DNA of 64,000 nt from NCBI RefSeq assembly GCF_035084215.1, contig NW_027139558.1, forward strand, positions 1 through 64,000, in the 5' to 3' direction. Positions 52,001 to 63,603 of the stretch are shown here, one piece after another. Position numbers and translations under genes: made by a program. Positions within the stretch are counted from its first letter, which is position 1. The number at the start of each line of letters is the position of its first letter. The notes under the pieces are model-generated. The model had not been told where the DNA came from. It made no database searches and saw only the letters and a program-made list of their open reading frames with translations. Source of the DNA: Heptranchias perlo. Taxonomy: Eukaryota.

Positions 52001-53781
52001 ACTGTCAGGATTAGAAATACCAGATCTCGACCAGTAATACTGTCAGGATTAGAAATACCAGATCTGGACCAGTAACACGGTCAGGATTAGAAATACCAGA
52101 TCTAGACCAGTAATACTGTCAGGATTAGAAATACCAGATCTGGACCAGTAACACTGTCAGGATTAGAAATACCAGATCTAGACCAGTAATACTGTCAGGA
52201 TTAGAAATACCAGATCTAGACCAGTAATACTGTCAGGATTAGAAATACCAGATCTCGACCAGTAATACTGTCAGGATTAGAAATACCAGATCTAGACCAG
52301 TAATACTGTCAGGATTAGAAATACCAGATCTAGACCAGTAAACTGTCAGGATTAGAAATACCAGATCTAGACCAGTAATACTGTCAGGATTAGAAATACC
52401 AGATCTCGACCAGTAATACTGTCAGGATTAGAAATACCAGATCTGGACCAGTAACACGGTCAGGATTAGAAATACCAGATCTAGACCAGTAATACTGTCA
52501 GGATTAGAAATACCAGATCTAGACCAGTAATACTGTCAGGATTAGAAATACCAGATCTAGACCAGTAATACTGTCAGGATTAGAAATACCAGATCTAGAC
52601 CAGTGACACTGTCAGGATTAGAAATACCAGATCTAGACCAGTAATACTGTCAGGATTAGAAATACCAGATCTGGACCAGTGACACTGTCAGGATTAGAAA
52701 TACCAGATCTGGACCAGTAATACTGTCAGGATTAGAAATACCAGATCTGGACCAGTAATACTGTCAGGATTAGAAATACCAGATCTAGACCAGTAATACT
52801 GTCAGGATTAGAAATACCAGATCTAGACCAGTGACACTGTCAGGATTAGAAATACCAGATCTAGACCAGTCATACTGTCAGGATTAGAAATACCAGATCT
52901 AGACCAGTAATACTGTCAGGATTAGAAATACCAGATCTAGACCAGTGACACTGTCAGGATTAGAAATACCAGATCTAGACCAGTAATACTGTCAGGATTA
53001 GAAATACCAGATCTAGACCAGTAATACTGTCAGGATTAGAAATACCAGATCTAGACCAGTAATACTGTCAGGATTAGAAATACCAGATCTAGACCAGTAA
53101 TACTGTCAGGATTAGAAATACCAGATCTAGACCAGTGACACTGTCAGGATTAGAAATACCAGATCTAGACCAGTAATACTGTCAGGATTAGAAATACCAG
53201 ATCTGGACCAGTGACACTGTCAGGATTAGAAATACCAGATCTAGACCAGTAATACTGTCAGGATTAGAAATACCAGATCTAGACCAGTGACACTGTCAGG
53301 ATTAGAAATACCAGATCTGGACCAGTAACACTGTCAGGATTAGAAATACCAGATCTAGACCAGTCATACTGTCAGGATTAGAAATACCAGATCTAGACCA
53401 GTAATACTGTCAGGATTAGAAATACCAGATCTAGACCAGTCATACTGTCAGGATTAGAAATACCAGATCTAGACCAGTAATACTGTCAGGATTAGAAATA
53501 CCAGATCTAGACCAGTAATACTGTCAGGATTAGAAATACCAGATCTAGACCAGTAATACTGTCAGGATTAGAAATACCAGATCTAGACCAGTAATACTGT
53601 CAGGATTAGAAATACCAGATCTAGACCAGTAATACTGTCAGGATTAGAAATACCAGATCTCGACCAGTAATACTGTCAGGATTAGAAATACCAGATCTGG
53701 ACCAGTAACACGGTCAGGATTAGAAATACCAGATCTAGACCAGTAATACTGTCAGGATTAGAAATACCAGATCTCGACCAG

Positions 53782-54045
53782 TTCGGAGACAAACTAGAGA
53801 AAGATGTGAGTTCAGGGCTTGGGCAGGGGGGATCCTTCGGGGAAGTTTGTCTCGGTGGGCGAGGGGAAGGGAGGGAAGTGACAGAGGCAGCTGAACGGAC
53901 GGTCTCAATCTTAGTGACAAAGTCGTCCATGAGCCCCTCGGACTTGTCGTTGGAGGTGAGGGTGGAGGGGGCAGGGGAGAGGGGTTTAAGGAGATGGTTT
54001 GTGGTGGGGAAGAGAAGCCGGGGATTATCTTTGTATTCCTCGATC
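53782..54045 (-). mobile_element. L2-clade LINE ORF2 fragment
   Basis: KDNPRLLFPTTNHLLKPLSP...FVTKIETVRS resembles the L2 EN-RT linker. Confidence 0.7.
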
Positions 54046-54126
54046 TTTAATCCAGATCTTATTTTTGCCGCCAATCTGCCGCCTGATCTATAAATAAATC
54101 CCTTTCAGAGAATTGAATTCGCTGCT

Positions 54127-54248
54127 GGGGGCGGGGACAGGAAGCTGTGCCCCTGGTTTCTGTGGGTGGGGCCACTGTTCAATCCGTGGGCCCCTCACTC
54201 CCTCACTCACTCACTCACTCCCTCCCTCCCTCCACTTCCCTATTTAAA
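54127..54248 (+). promoter_or_regulatory. Putative IgH V promoter: GC box, Ets-like GGAA motifs, TATA-like TATTTAAA; no octamer
   Basis: GC box at 54127-54136, caggaag at 54138-54144, cacttcc near 54233, tatttaaa at 54241-54248, about 90-100 bp upstream of the leader ATG. Confidence 0.5.
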
Positions 54249-54338
54249 CAGCACTGAGTTCAGCTCCAAACAAAGCCCTGAAGCAGCCGATTGCTGCTGT
54301 TTTGCGGAGTGTCTGAGTCTCGGTGAATACACAGGGCG

Positions 54339-54384
54339 ATGGAGATTGTTTCTTATCTCTGTGTCCTTCTGGCCTGTCTAACAT
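54339..54384 (+). CDS. IGHV: Ig heavy-chain leader exon (MEIVSYLCVLLACLT)
   Basis: Hydrophobic 15-codon signal peptide plus 1 nt, GTGAGT donor at 54385, 123-bp intron to AG at 54506-54507; splices in frame to ...[10 protein letters not shown]. Confidence 0.9.
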
Positions 54385-54507
54385 GTGAGTGTCCCCGTCG
54401 CCTTATTCCCACTCAGTGCGGCTGATTATTCCCAGTCTCTTTGACCCGCGGTTTGTTCAATTGGTTTATTAAAGTGCGCTCTCTTTTATTTCTCTCTTTA
54501 TTAACAG

Positions 54508-54805
54508 GCGTCCGGTCCGACATCGTGCTGACCCAGCCCGAGTCAGTGGTGAAAAAGCCCGGGGAGTCTCACAAACTCTCCTGTACAGTGAGTGGGTTCG
54601 ATATCAGCAGCTACTACATGTCCTGGGTCAAACAGGTCCCCGGGAAGGGCCTGGAGTGGTTAGTTACTTATGGTGATCCGTCAGATATTGATTACGCGCC
54701 TGGAGTCCAAAACCGATTCACGCCTTCCGCTGACAGCAACACATTTTATCTACAAATGACCAATCTGAGAGCTGAGGACACCGCCATCTATTACTGTGCG
54801 AGAGA
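54508..54805 (+). CDS. IGHV: Ig heavy-chain V segment, germline and open; framework most resembles chondrichthyan IgW
   Basis: [27 protein letters not shown]...[13 protein letters not shown]...DTAIYYCAR with both Cys and the conserved Trp; followed directly by an RSS. The isotype call is from recalled similarity only. Confidence 0.95.
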
Positions 54806-54844
54806 CACAGTGAGAGGAACCAGGGCTGGGCTGCTGCAAGAACT
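54806..54844 (+). promoter_or_regulatory. V 3' RSS, 23-bp spacer
   Basis: CACAGTG (54806-54812), 23 nt, GCAAGAACT (54836-54844). Confidence 0.92.
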
Positions 54845-55996
54845 CAGCGAGAGTCTCTGCACTCAGGGAATCAGTGAAAGGGGAGGATCGATCACTTGTC
54901 CTCAGTTATCACCACAGCTGGATCCTCCTCCTCGCTGTGTAGAGACCTGTGGCCCCCGGAAATGGGAGAGGTGAGACTCTGATTCCCCTCATCACCAACA
55001 GTAATACAATAACTCACTGCTAGTCTATATATCACTGGGAGTAATCGGTGTAATGATAACCTACCTGTAACTGTGAGTAATCCTATAACCCACTGATATT
55101 CCCCCTGAAACCAGAGCCAGAATCCCCCCCCTCACTGCACAAGGTCCGGTCGGGCTCCCCGCTCGATGTCACTTTTAATCGGCCCCGTCTCTCTCCCGAT
55201 CTCCTTGGACACCAGTTCCGGGTGAAGTTGACAAAGCCTGAACTGGGAACCTCAGTCAGAGCCGATCTGTGCTCGGACGATTCACACCTCGAAACCGGGC
55301 GGCGCAGACCGAGCTGACCCAAACCGAGAGATCGCCCATAGGGCAGTGGGCTCAGTGTTTGGGGCCAATTCTCACTGGGCCCCATTGGCCGAAACTCAGC
55401 TCAGCACCAACATTTCCAAAACCACTCCCTGAGCTCGGACTCGATAAAGGAAAGTTTTCATCGAATGATCGAAATGGAGGGGAGGGGGTGGGGGGGAGAG
55501 GAGGGGGGAGGGGAGAGAGGAGGGGGGAGAGGGTGAGGGGGTAAGGGGAGGGGATGGAGGGGGAAGGGTGGTGGGAGGGACACTGCAACGGGCAATTTAA
55601 ATCGCTGATCACACGGGGCTGCTGGACTCAGCGCTCGGGGGGAGGTATCCCCGATTCCGGGAAACTCCCAGTCATTCCGGGAGGGATGGGAACCCTGTGT
55701 GAGACTGGAGTCACCTATAGGCCAGACCAGGTTTCCTTCCCTAAAGGACATGAGTGAACCAGTTGGGGTTTTGAGGACAATCCGACAGTTTGAGGGTCAC
55801 TTTTCCTGATCCCAGCTCTTTCTTTCCAGATGATGAAACCCAGGCCTCCGGATCACTGGTCCAGTGACAGATCCACGAAACCACCGCCCCCCAACCCATC
55901 GCCAGTGTGAATCAGAGAGCAGGTTAGTTCACTTGGAGCAGTGCAGTGTGGTTTAAATGTGAAGTGACTGGGCTCAGTGAGAGTGAAAGGGGTGGA

Positions 55997-56079
55997 GGTT
56001 AGTGTACGGGTGTGTATCACAGTGTCTATACAGTGGGTGGCACAGTGTGAGGAACGGGGACTCTCTCCATTCACAAACC
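55997..56079 (+). other. IGHD: IgH D1 segment (coding 56025-56040, tctatacagtgggtgg) with 12-RSS at 5' and 23-RSS at 3'
   Basis: GGTTAGTGT-12-CACAGTG | 16 nt | CACAGTG-23-TCACAAACC. Confidence 0.92.
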
Positions 56080-56404
56080 TGCCTCACCACAACTGTTTAA
56101 ATTGGACTCTTGGGGACAAATCACCGGCCTTCACCTCGTGTCCCGTGGATATAAATCAGCTCCTGATTAAATAATCTGGGAGGGCAAAGCAATTTTCTTT
56201 GAAGATGTTACTGAGAGATCGCAGTGCGACAAAGGACAGTGAAAGCTCCTTGTGGATTTTATCATCTCCCTTTAAAGTCCTGAAACCCCCCGAGTTTGCC
56301 ACCTGGATGTGTGGGGGACACACGGATACAGACTGAGGAGGAGTTAATGAACCTACTGGCCGGTTGTTTGGTCCATTTTGTTTGGGGCTGGATCTTATGA
56401 GGGT

Positions 56405-56472
56405 GGTTTATGACATGGAGTGAAGCACTGTGATATACTGGGACCACAGTAGTATAGAGTGTGACAGAAACT
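56405..56472 (+). other. IGHD: IgH D2 segment (coding 56433-56444, atatactgggac) with 12/12 RSSs
   Basis: GGTTTATGA-12-CACTGTG | 12 nt | CACAGTA-12-ACAGAAACT. Confidence 0.92.
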
Positions 56473-56812
56473 CCCCCCGGGACAAGTGACCGTGTGTATC
56501 AGAGTCTGTGCCCATCGATTCCCCACTCGTGCATCCCAGAGTCAAATATCGAAACACTGACTCGGACTGTGGGAGGAAAATGTCGATTCCTGGGAAAATA
56601 GAAGACAAAAAGGGGTGGATTCTGTCCATCTGGAACGTGCAGGAGTTGGTATCTGCAGACAGGAAAAGTCCAAAAATACCTCATTTATTAATACACTTGG
56701 GAGAGGTTCAGGATGGAATTTGAGATCAAAATCCAGGAAGCAGCTGCTCCCAGGTTAAAAGAAGGTATATTTTGACCCCAGCCTGAGATTATTACATATC
56801 GTGGGCAAGTTA

Positions 56813-56851
56813 AGTTACTGCATTGGGTGAATGAGGAGAGGGAGCACAGTG
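56813..56851 (-). promoter_or_regulatory. J 5' RSS, 23-bp spacer, divergent nonamer
   Basis: AGTTACTGC (56813-56821), 23 nt, CACAGTG (56845-56851); an alternative heptamer CAGTGTG at 56847-56853 fits a nonamer less well. Confidence 0.7.
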
Positions 56852-56901
56852 TGACTATCTTGGCTACTGGGGGAAAGGAACCTTGCTGACAGTGACTTCA
56901 G
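56852..56901 (+). CDS. IGHJ: IgH J segment (DYLGYWGKGTLLTVTS)
   Basis: WGxG motif, TVTS end, GTAAGA donor at 56902. Confidence 0.94.
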
Positions 56902-57994
56902 GTAAGACAAACTTCTCAATTCCTTCCTTATCTGAGATTTATTTTCTGAATTTGCGTTATTATTAGTGAATTCGATAATTGAAGTGCAGTGTGTGATTCC
57001 CCTGAAATCAGTGAGATATTTACAACAATCTCATGAATCTCTCCGAGACGGGAGGATTTCTTTCGAGTCGAGAATCCCCCCCAGTGACTGTAGCTGAAAT
57101 CTGATAACTGGATGGACTCTAAAGGGTTAAGATTTAACCCCACTGATCTCGAACGCATTTGCAATCGTTACCGCAGAGATCTATGAAATTAGGAGTTAGT
57201 TGGAGTCCAGGATATGTTTAATACGATCTCGATCCAGAGTATAATTTTCAGGACACTTGCGATGTTGGTTTGGGTTTTGGTCATTTGGAGTTTCGGAGAT
57301 TGCAGGCGGTTTCGGATTTTGTTCTAATCTGAGTTAAAACACATTCTCCAACTGCGTTGTGATTTAACACTTGGTGTCACAGACACTTGTTTCCAGTTGG
57401 ATGTTTTGCAGTTAAAAACATTGATGGGACGGCTTCTAGATGTTGAAAAATAAGTTCCATGTTTCACTTGATAAATGAGTGCTGATGGAAAGCAAGTAGT
57501 TTGTAGAGAGTGAGAAACGGGGAATTGTGTTTATTAAAAACTCCTCGGCCCAACAAGCTCACAGCAATAAACCAGCCACCTGTTGATCCAAACAGGAAAC
57601 AGATTGCATGTGTAATAAGCTTAGATCTTGTTCACAAAGGATTTTATTGTGCCTTGACAATAGCTGTTTAATGATCACAAACTTCCAACAGAGTGTTTAG
57701 TTCATCTCCCCTCTGAAATCTCAGCTTGAACTGAAGCCACATTCAAGGGTTGAGGACTGTAAGGGTTTCTGTGCAGTTTAAACTGGTCCTCGGCAATAAC
57801 AGCGATGGACCTGTTAATTGTCAACTTACTGCCATCAGATTTTTCTGTTCACTGTTTTAATAATTGGATTAAAACATTGGACGAGCCAATTCCATCCAAA
57901 TGAATGAACTGGTTGATGGTGAAATCTCCCCATGAGTGCGAGTCCAATGGGTGGGAGTAAGATCCCTTATTGCAGTGTTAGTGCATCAAGGTTT

Positions 57995-58630
57995 AACACT
58001 GGGGTTCATTTCTCGAGGGATAGAATTGAAAAGCAGAGAAGTTATGTTCAACTTGTATCGAACCTTGGTTTGACCACACTTGGAGCACTGTGAACAGTTC
58101 TGGTCTCCACATTATAAAAAGGATGCAGAGGCACCAGTGAGGGTGCAAAAAAGATTCACTCGGATGATACCAGAACTGAGAGGTTCTACCTGTCAGGAAA
58201 GGCTGAATGGGCTCGGGCTTTTTTCTCGAGAAAAGAGAAGGCTGAGGGGTGACCTGATCGAGGTCTTTAAGATTATGAATGAGTTTGACAGGGTAGACGT
58301 GGAGAAGATATTTCCACTTGTGGGGGAGAACAGAACTTGGGGCCATAAATATAAAATAGTCACTAATAAATCCAATCGGGAATTCAGGAGAAACCTCTTT
58401 CCCCAGAGAGTGGTGAGAATGTGGAACTCGCTCCCACAAGGAGTAGTTGAGGTGAATAGTGTAGATGGATTTAAGGGGAAGCTCGATAAACACACGAGGG
58501 AGAAAGGAATAGAAGGACATGCTGATAGGGTGAGATGAAGTCGGGAGGGAGGACGCCCGTGTGGACCATCAACACCAGCATGGACCTGTTGGGCCGAATG
58601 GCCTGTTTCTGTGCTGTACGGTCTTTGTAA
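57995..58630 (+). mobile_element. CR1 LINE 3' end in the presumed J-C intron
   Basis: LEHCEQFWSPHYKKD...VQKRFTRMIP...LRGDLIEVFKIM...QRVVRMWNSLP plus the 3' UTR. Confidence 0.9.
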
Positions 58631-58999
58631 GGAGGTCAATGATGGCTTCAATATGTCACCCAGAGGAATCGCACCCAAATAGACAAACACTTTCCAAATA
58701 GCACACAGTCGAGTTTGATTCCACCTCGTGTATCTGTCTGGACTCGGAGTGTTTGGTTCTAACACGGACTGTGCAGTGGGGAACATCACACATTACAGAG
58801 CACAAACACTTCCAAGAAGTTAATTTAACTGGAGTGAAACACCTCAGTCTGTGAGCTTCCAATTCACATCCTTCTTTGTGAGAAAGACTTTGAAAATTGG
58901 ACACCCAAATATGTCGTGTGCCCGGGTGATTGAGACTCGTTTGTCACGGTGGTTATTGTCAAGTATCTTGTCTGAATTTGCTCACGGATTGGGTTCTCC

Positions 59000-60199
59000 C
59001 TCCTTTCTTCATTTCTTTCTTTCTTCCTTTCTTTTCTTGTCTTTATAGCCTCCTTTCTTTCTTCCCTCCTTCTTACCNNNNNNNNNNNNNNNNNNNNNNN
59101 NNNNNNNNNNNNNNNNNNNNNNNNNNNNNNNNNNNNNNNNNNNNNNNNNNNNNNNNNNNNNNNNNNNNNNNNNNNNNNNNNNNNNNNNNNNNNNNNNNNN
59201 NNNNNNNNNNNNNNNNNNNNNNNCTCTGCGTTTCTCTCTCTCTCTCTCTCTTCCCGTCTCTCTCTCTTCCCGTCTCTCTCTCTTTCCATCTCTCTCTCTT
59301 TCCGTCTCTCTCTCTCTGTCTCTATCTCCATGTCTTTCTCTCTCTTCATGTCTTTCTCTCTCTCTCTCTGTCTCTCTCTCTAATTCTGTCTCTCTCTCTT
59401 TCTCTCCATCCATCTCTCTCTTGGTGTCTCTCTCTCCTTCTCTCTCTGTCTCCATCTCTCAATCTCCCTCTCTCCGTCTCCCTCCCTCGGTCCGTCTCTC
59501 TNNNNNNNNNNNNNNNNNNNNNNNNNNNNNNNNNNNNNNNNNNNNNNNNNNNNNNNNNNNNNNNNNNNNNNNNNNNNNNNNNNNNNNNNNNNNNNNNNNN
59601 NNNNNNNNNNNNNNNNNNNNNNNNNNNNNNNNNNNNNNNTCTCTCACACTCTCCGTCTCTCTCACTCTCCATCTCTCNNNNNNNNNNNNNNNNNNNNNNN
59701 NNNNNNNNNNNNNNNNNNNNNNNNNNNNNNNNNNNNNNNNNNNNNNNNNNNNNNNNNNNNNNNNNNNNNNNNNNNNNNNNNNNNNNNNNNNNNNNNNNNN
59801 NNNNNNNNNNNNNNNNNNNNNNNNNNNNNNNNNNNNNNNNNNNNNNNNNNNNNNNNNNNNNNNNNNNNNNNNNNNNNNNNNNNNNNNNNNNNNNNNNNNN
59901 NNNNNNNNNNNNNNNNNNNNNNNNNNNNNNNNNNNNNNNNNNNNNNNNNNNNNNNNNNNNNNNNNNNNNNNNNNNNNNNNNNNNNNNNNNNNNNNNNNNN
60001 NNNNNNNNNNNNNNNNNNNNNNNNNNNNNNNNNNNNNNNNNNNNNNNNNNNNNNNNNNNNNNNNNNNNNNNNNNNNNNNNNNNNNNNNNNNNNNNNNNNN
60101 NNNNNNNNNNNNNNNNNNNNNNNNNNNNNNNNNNNNNNNNNNNNNNNNNNNNNNNNNNNNNNNNNNNNNNNNNNNNNNNNNNNNNNNNNNNNNNNNNNN
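59000..60199. repeat. CT-rich simple repeats interleaved with N runs (59078-59223, 59502-59639, 59678-60199)
   Basis: Directly visible. Confidence 0.95.
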
Positions 60200-60598
60200 A
60201 TCGATCAGTCCTACAACCTATCAATCAGGGTAAAGATTGAAGAGTTCTGGAGAGATGTTGAAAGAACCAGTTCAGTGTGAGGTTGTGTCCTGTGCTCCAT
60301 TAACAGAGGGGTAGAGCAGGATGCCTGTACTGGACTGTAATGTACTGTATGAGGCCCATCCCGGTGCAATGCCCGGCCTCGGTCAGCATTGAATGGATAT
60401 TTAAAATATCTCGCCATTAATTGGTTGGATTAAGGAAGTTTCAGGTTTTTTTTAAGGGGGGAGGTTGTTTTTAAAATTCGAAATGGAATTTGATAAAACA
60501 GGTGTCGGGTATCAGGGAGCAAATTAAAAGCAGAAGAGAATTTCACGCATTCGGGAAGGGAGGGGAGGGAATTGGTTTTGGGCGGTTTTGTAAAATGG

Positions 60599-61748
60599 CC
60601 CATCAAACACTCCCAGGGCAGGTACAGCACGGGTTAGATACAGAGTAAAGCTCCCTCTACACTGTCCCATCAAACACTCCCAGGACAGGTACAGGGTTAG
60701 ATACAGAGTAAAGCTCCCTCTACACTGTCCCATCAAACACTCCCAGGGCAGGTACAGCACGGGTTAGATACAGAGTAAAGCTCCCTCTACACTGTCCCAT
60801 CAAACACTCCCAGGGCAGGTACAGCACGGGTTAGATACAGAGTAAAGCTCCCTCTACACTGTCCCATCAAACACTCCCAGGGCAGGTACAGCACGGGTTA
60901 GATACAGAGTAAAGCTCCCTCTACACTGTCCCATCAAACACTCCCAGGACAGGTACAGCACGGGTTAGATACAGAGTAAAGCTCCCTCTACACTGTCCCG
61001 TCAAACACTCCCAGGGCAGGTACAGCACGGGTTAGATACAGAGTAAAGCTCCCTCTACACTGTCCCATCAAACACTCCCAGGGCAGGTACAGCACGGGTT
61101 AGATACAGAGTAAAGCTCCCTCTACACTGTCCCATCAAACACTCCCAGGGCAGGTACAGCACGGGTGAGATACAGAGTAAAGCTCCCTCTACACTGTCCC
61201 GTCAAACACTCCCAGGGCAGGTACAGGGTTAGATACAGAGTAAAGCTCCCTCTACACTGTCCCATCAAACACTCCCAGGGCAGGTACAGCACGGGTGAGA
61301 TACAGAGTAAAGCTCCCTCTACACTGTCCCATCAAACACTCCCAGGGGCAGGTACAGCACGGGTGAGATACAGAGTAAAGCTCCCTCTACACTGTCCCAT
61401 CAAACACTCCCAGGGCAGGTACAGCACGGGTTAGATACAGAGTAAAGCTCCCTCTACACTGTCCCATCAAACACTCCCAGGGCAGGTACAGCACGGGTGA
61501 GATACAGAGTAAAGCTCCCTCTACACTGTCCCATCAAACACTCCCAGGGCAGGTACAGCACGGGTGAGATACAGAGTAAAGCTCCCTCTACACTGTCCCA
61601 TCAAACACTCCCAGGGCAGGTACAGCACGGGTTAGATACAGAGTAAAGCTCCTTCTACACTGTCCCATCAAACACTCCCAGGGCAGGTACAGCACGGGTG
61701 AGATACAGAGTAAAGCTCCCTCTACACTCTCCCATCAAACACTCCCAG
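60599..61748. repeat. 67-bp minisatellite, array 2 (about 17 units), downstream of JH
   Basis: Period of 67 measured between 60781 and 60848; more homogeneous than array 1. Confidence 0.97.
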
Positions 61749-62209
61749 CTCAGTTACTTTGAACACATGTCGTTCTTTCGATGTTAAAGCAAATTGCTGC
61801 AGTTTGATTCGAAAACAGAAACACAAAACAAATAGACAGTTTAACCAAGAGCGTTCTCTGGGGTCCTAATTGTGGGAGTCTGCTCGTCAGTTATTATCTC
61901 TGAAAGAAATACAAGCTTTGCTGAATTTAAATATTCGGTGACGCTCAGCGACTGAATAAATGTTTCCTTCATTTTGAAGTCAGTGACTGGTCCGGGTTTC
62001 GATTCTGAGCCAAATTACTTTCCGTTCCTGATGTGTTCTCGAGCTTTACTTTCCTAATGAGCTGCTCGTTCTTAGTTCAGCAGACAAGGAAGTGCGGGAC
62101 CAATTCCATGTCGTCCTTTATTGTCCCACTGGCTAAGATTTCAAATCTCCTTTGTTATTATATTAACCAGGATTGGTTGTCGTGCATTAAAAGTGGTTGT
62201 GAGAGAAAG

Positions 62210-62555
62210 GTCTTGCATTTATATAGCGCCTTTCATGACCTCAGGACGTCCCAGGGTGCTTTACAGCCTGTGAAGGACTTGTTGAAGTGCAGTCACTGTT
62301 AGAATGTAGGGAACGCTGCAGCTAATTTGTGCACAGCAAGATCCCACAAACAGCAATGTGGTAATGACCAGATAATCTGTGCTTTAGTGATGTTGGTTGA
62401 AGGATAAATATTGGGCGGGACACCGAGGAGAACTCCCCTGCTCCTCCTCCAATAGTGCAGTGAGACCTTTCACATCCACCTGAGAGGGGCAGACGGGGCC
62501 TCGGTTTAACGTCTCATCCGAAAGACGGCACCTCCGACAATGCAGCACTCCCTCA
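62210..62555 (-). mobile_element. Deu-domain SINE (SacSINE1-like), 5'-truncated
   Basis: cctcggtttaacgtctcatccgaaagacggcacctccgaca plus the tail cttgcatttatatagcgcctttca. Confidence 0.8.
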
Positions 62556-63603
62556 CCGTTCCCTGTCCCCTATTTCAGTGGATGCAGTAACCCATTAATT
62601 AGTGAACAAAGTGATTTGATACCAGTGGGGGAGCTCATTAATACCCCACTGGTAAAAATAACGAGCTCATTAATAGCTTCCAGGCTCCCAGTCTTCCCGT
62701 ATCCAGCTATATTTTCCCCATTTCCACTGCCTCCTTTTCCTGTACAACAGGCAAACTTGAGGGGAATTCTCAGGAGAACCTTTTCCAGAAAATAACATTT
62801 GGGGAGAGAGTCTCCGAGTAATTTGGGGACATGAGGTGCGGGAAGTGGAACAGGGCTCGGGAGGAACAGGTGACTTTGGACCAATGGCTCCCCAAAGCTC
62901 TCCACCACTGGGGGTTTTCCTCACCTCATGTCTGGGTCTGTTGGAGACTAATTGATGGAGATCGATTGCTCTGATTAGTCAACAACTCCATTATCCTCGT
63001 ATCACACGGCGACCAGGGTGGGAGAAGGGGAACCAGACGGCCCTTGGTCTTTCTCGGTCCACCAATTCCCATGTCCCTAAGCCGCTCATATCAATGACAA
63101 ATAGCAAGATTCCCAAGACCGCCGACTGGATCTCCCCTTCATGAGTCACTTCAAACCCTGAGAAGCCGTCAGTGGATACTGGGTGTTCCCAGATTGTGTA
63201 TCAGGCACCGTATCTTCTGGTTTCTGTTCTGTGACACTTTCCCTAAAGTACGGATTGGTTTGTGTGTCTGATTAACAGAAGCTGTATCGCCAAGGGCCAG
63301 AATTAGATGAGTGATTTACTGCTCCGACACCGTCAGTTTTAGCCTGTGTAATCGAAAAGAATAAGGAGAGAGAAAGAGAGAATTCCTCTCTCCCGCCCTC
63401 CTTTCTATCCCCGTCAATCACGCGCATTAACCCAATAGTGCAGTTTTTTTATGGAACGATGAACATTGGTCACTGAAAAAACGGATTCTTCAAAATGCAA
63501 CTGGAAATAGTCACTTTTTTTACACATTGTTATTTGCAGCTTTCTGTATTTTCCAGTTTTATCCCAAAAAACAAGATTTCAACAATCCTGCACAACTTGG
63601 AAA

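Larger units (their letters stand above)
43369..53781. repeat. 38-bp satellite array, 10.4 kb (about 270 units; ccagtaatactgtcaggattagaaataccagatctaga)
   Basis: Directly visible; ends about 560 bp upstream of the IgH leader ATG. Confidence 0.98.

Noticed and set aside
28969-53781. CRISPR array interpretation of the 35-, 38- and 47-bp repeats
   Set aside because: Units are head-to-tail with no unique spacers, no cas genes are present, and the context is vertebrate.
55920-55980. Extra D segment or RSS upstream of D1 (ggttagttc...cagtgtg)
   Set aside because: Spacer is 13-14 nt and there is no matching 3' RSS.
58746-58815. D-like gactgtg-cagtgggg...cacacat downstream of J
   Set aside because: No nonamers at 12 or 23 spacing, and wrong position relative to J.
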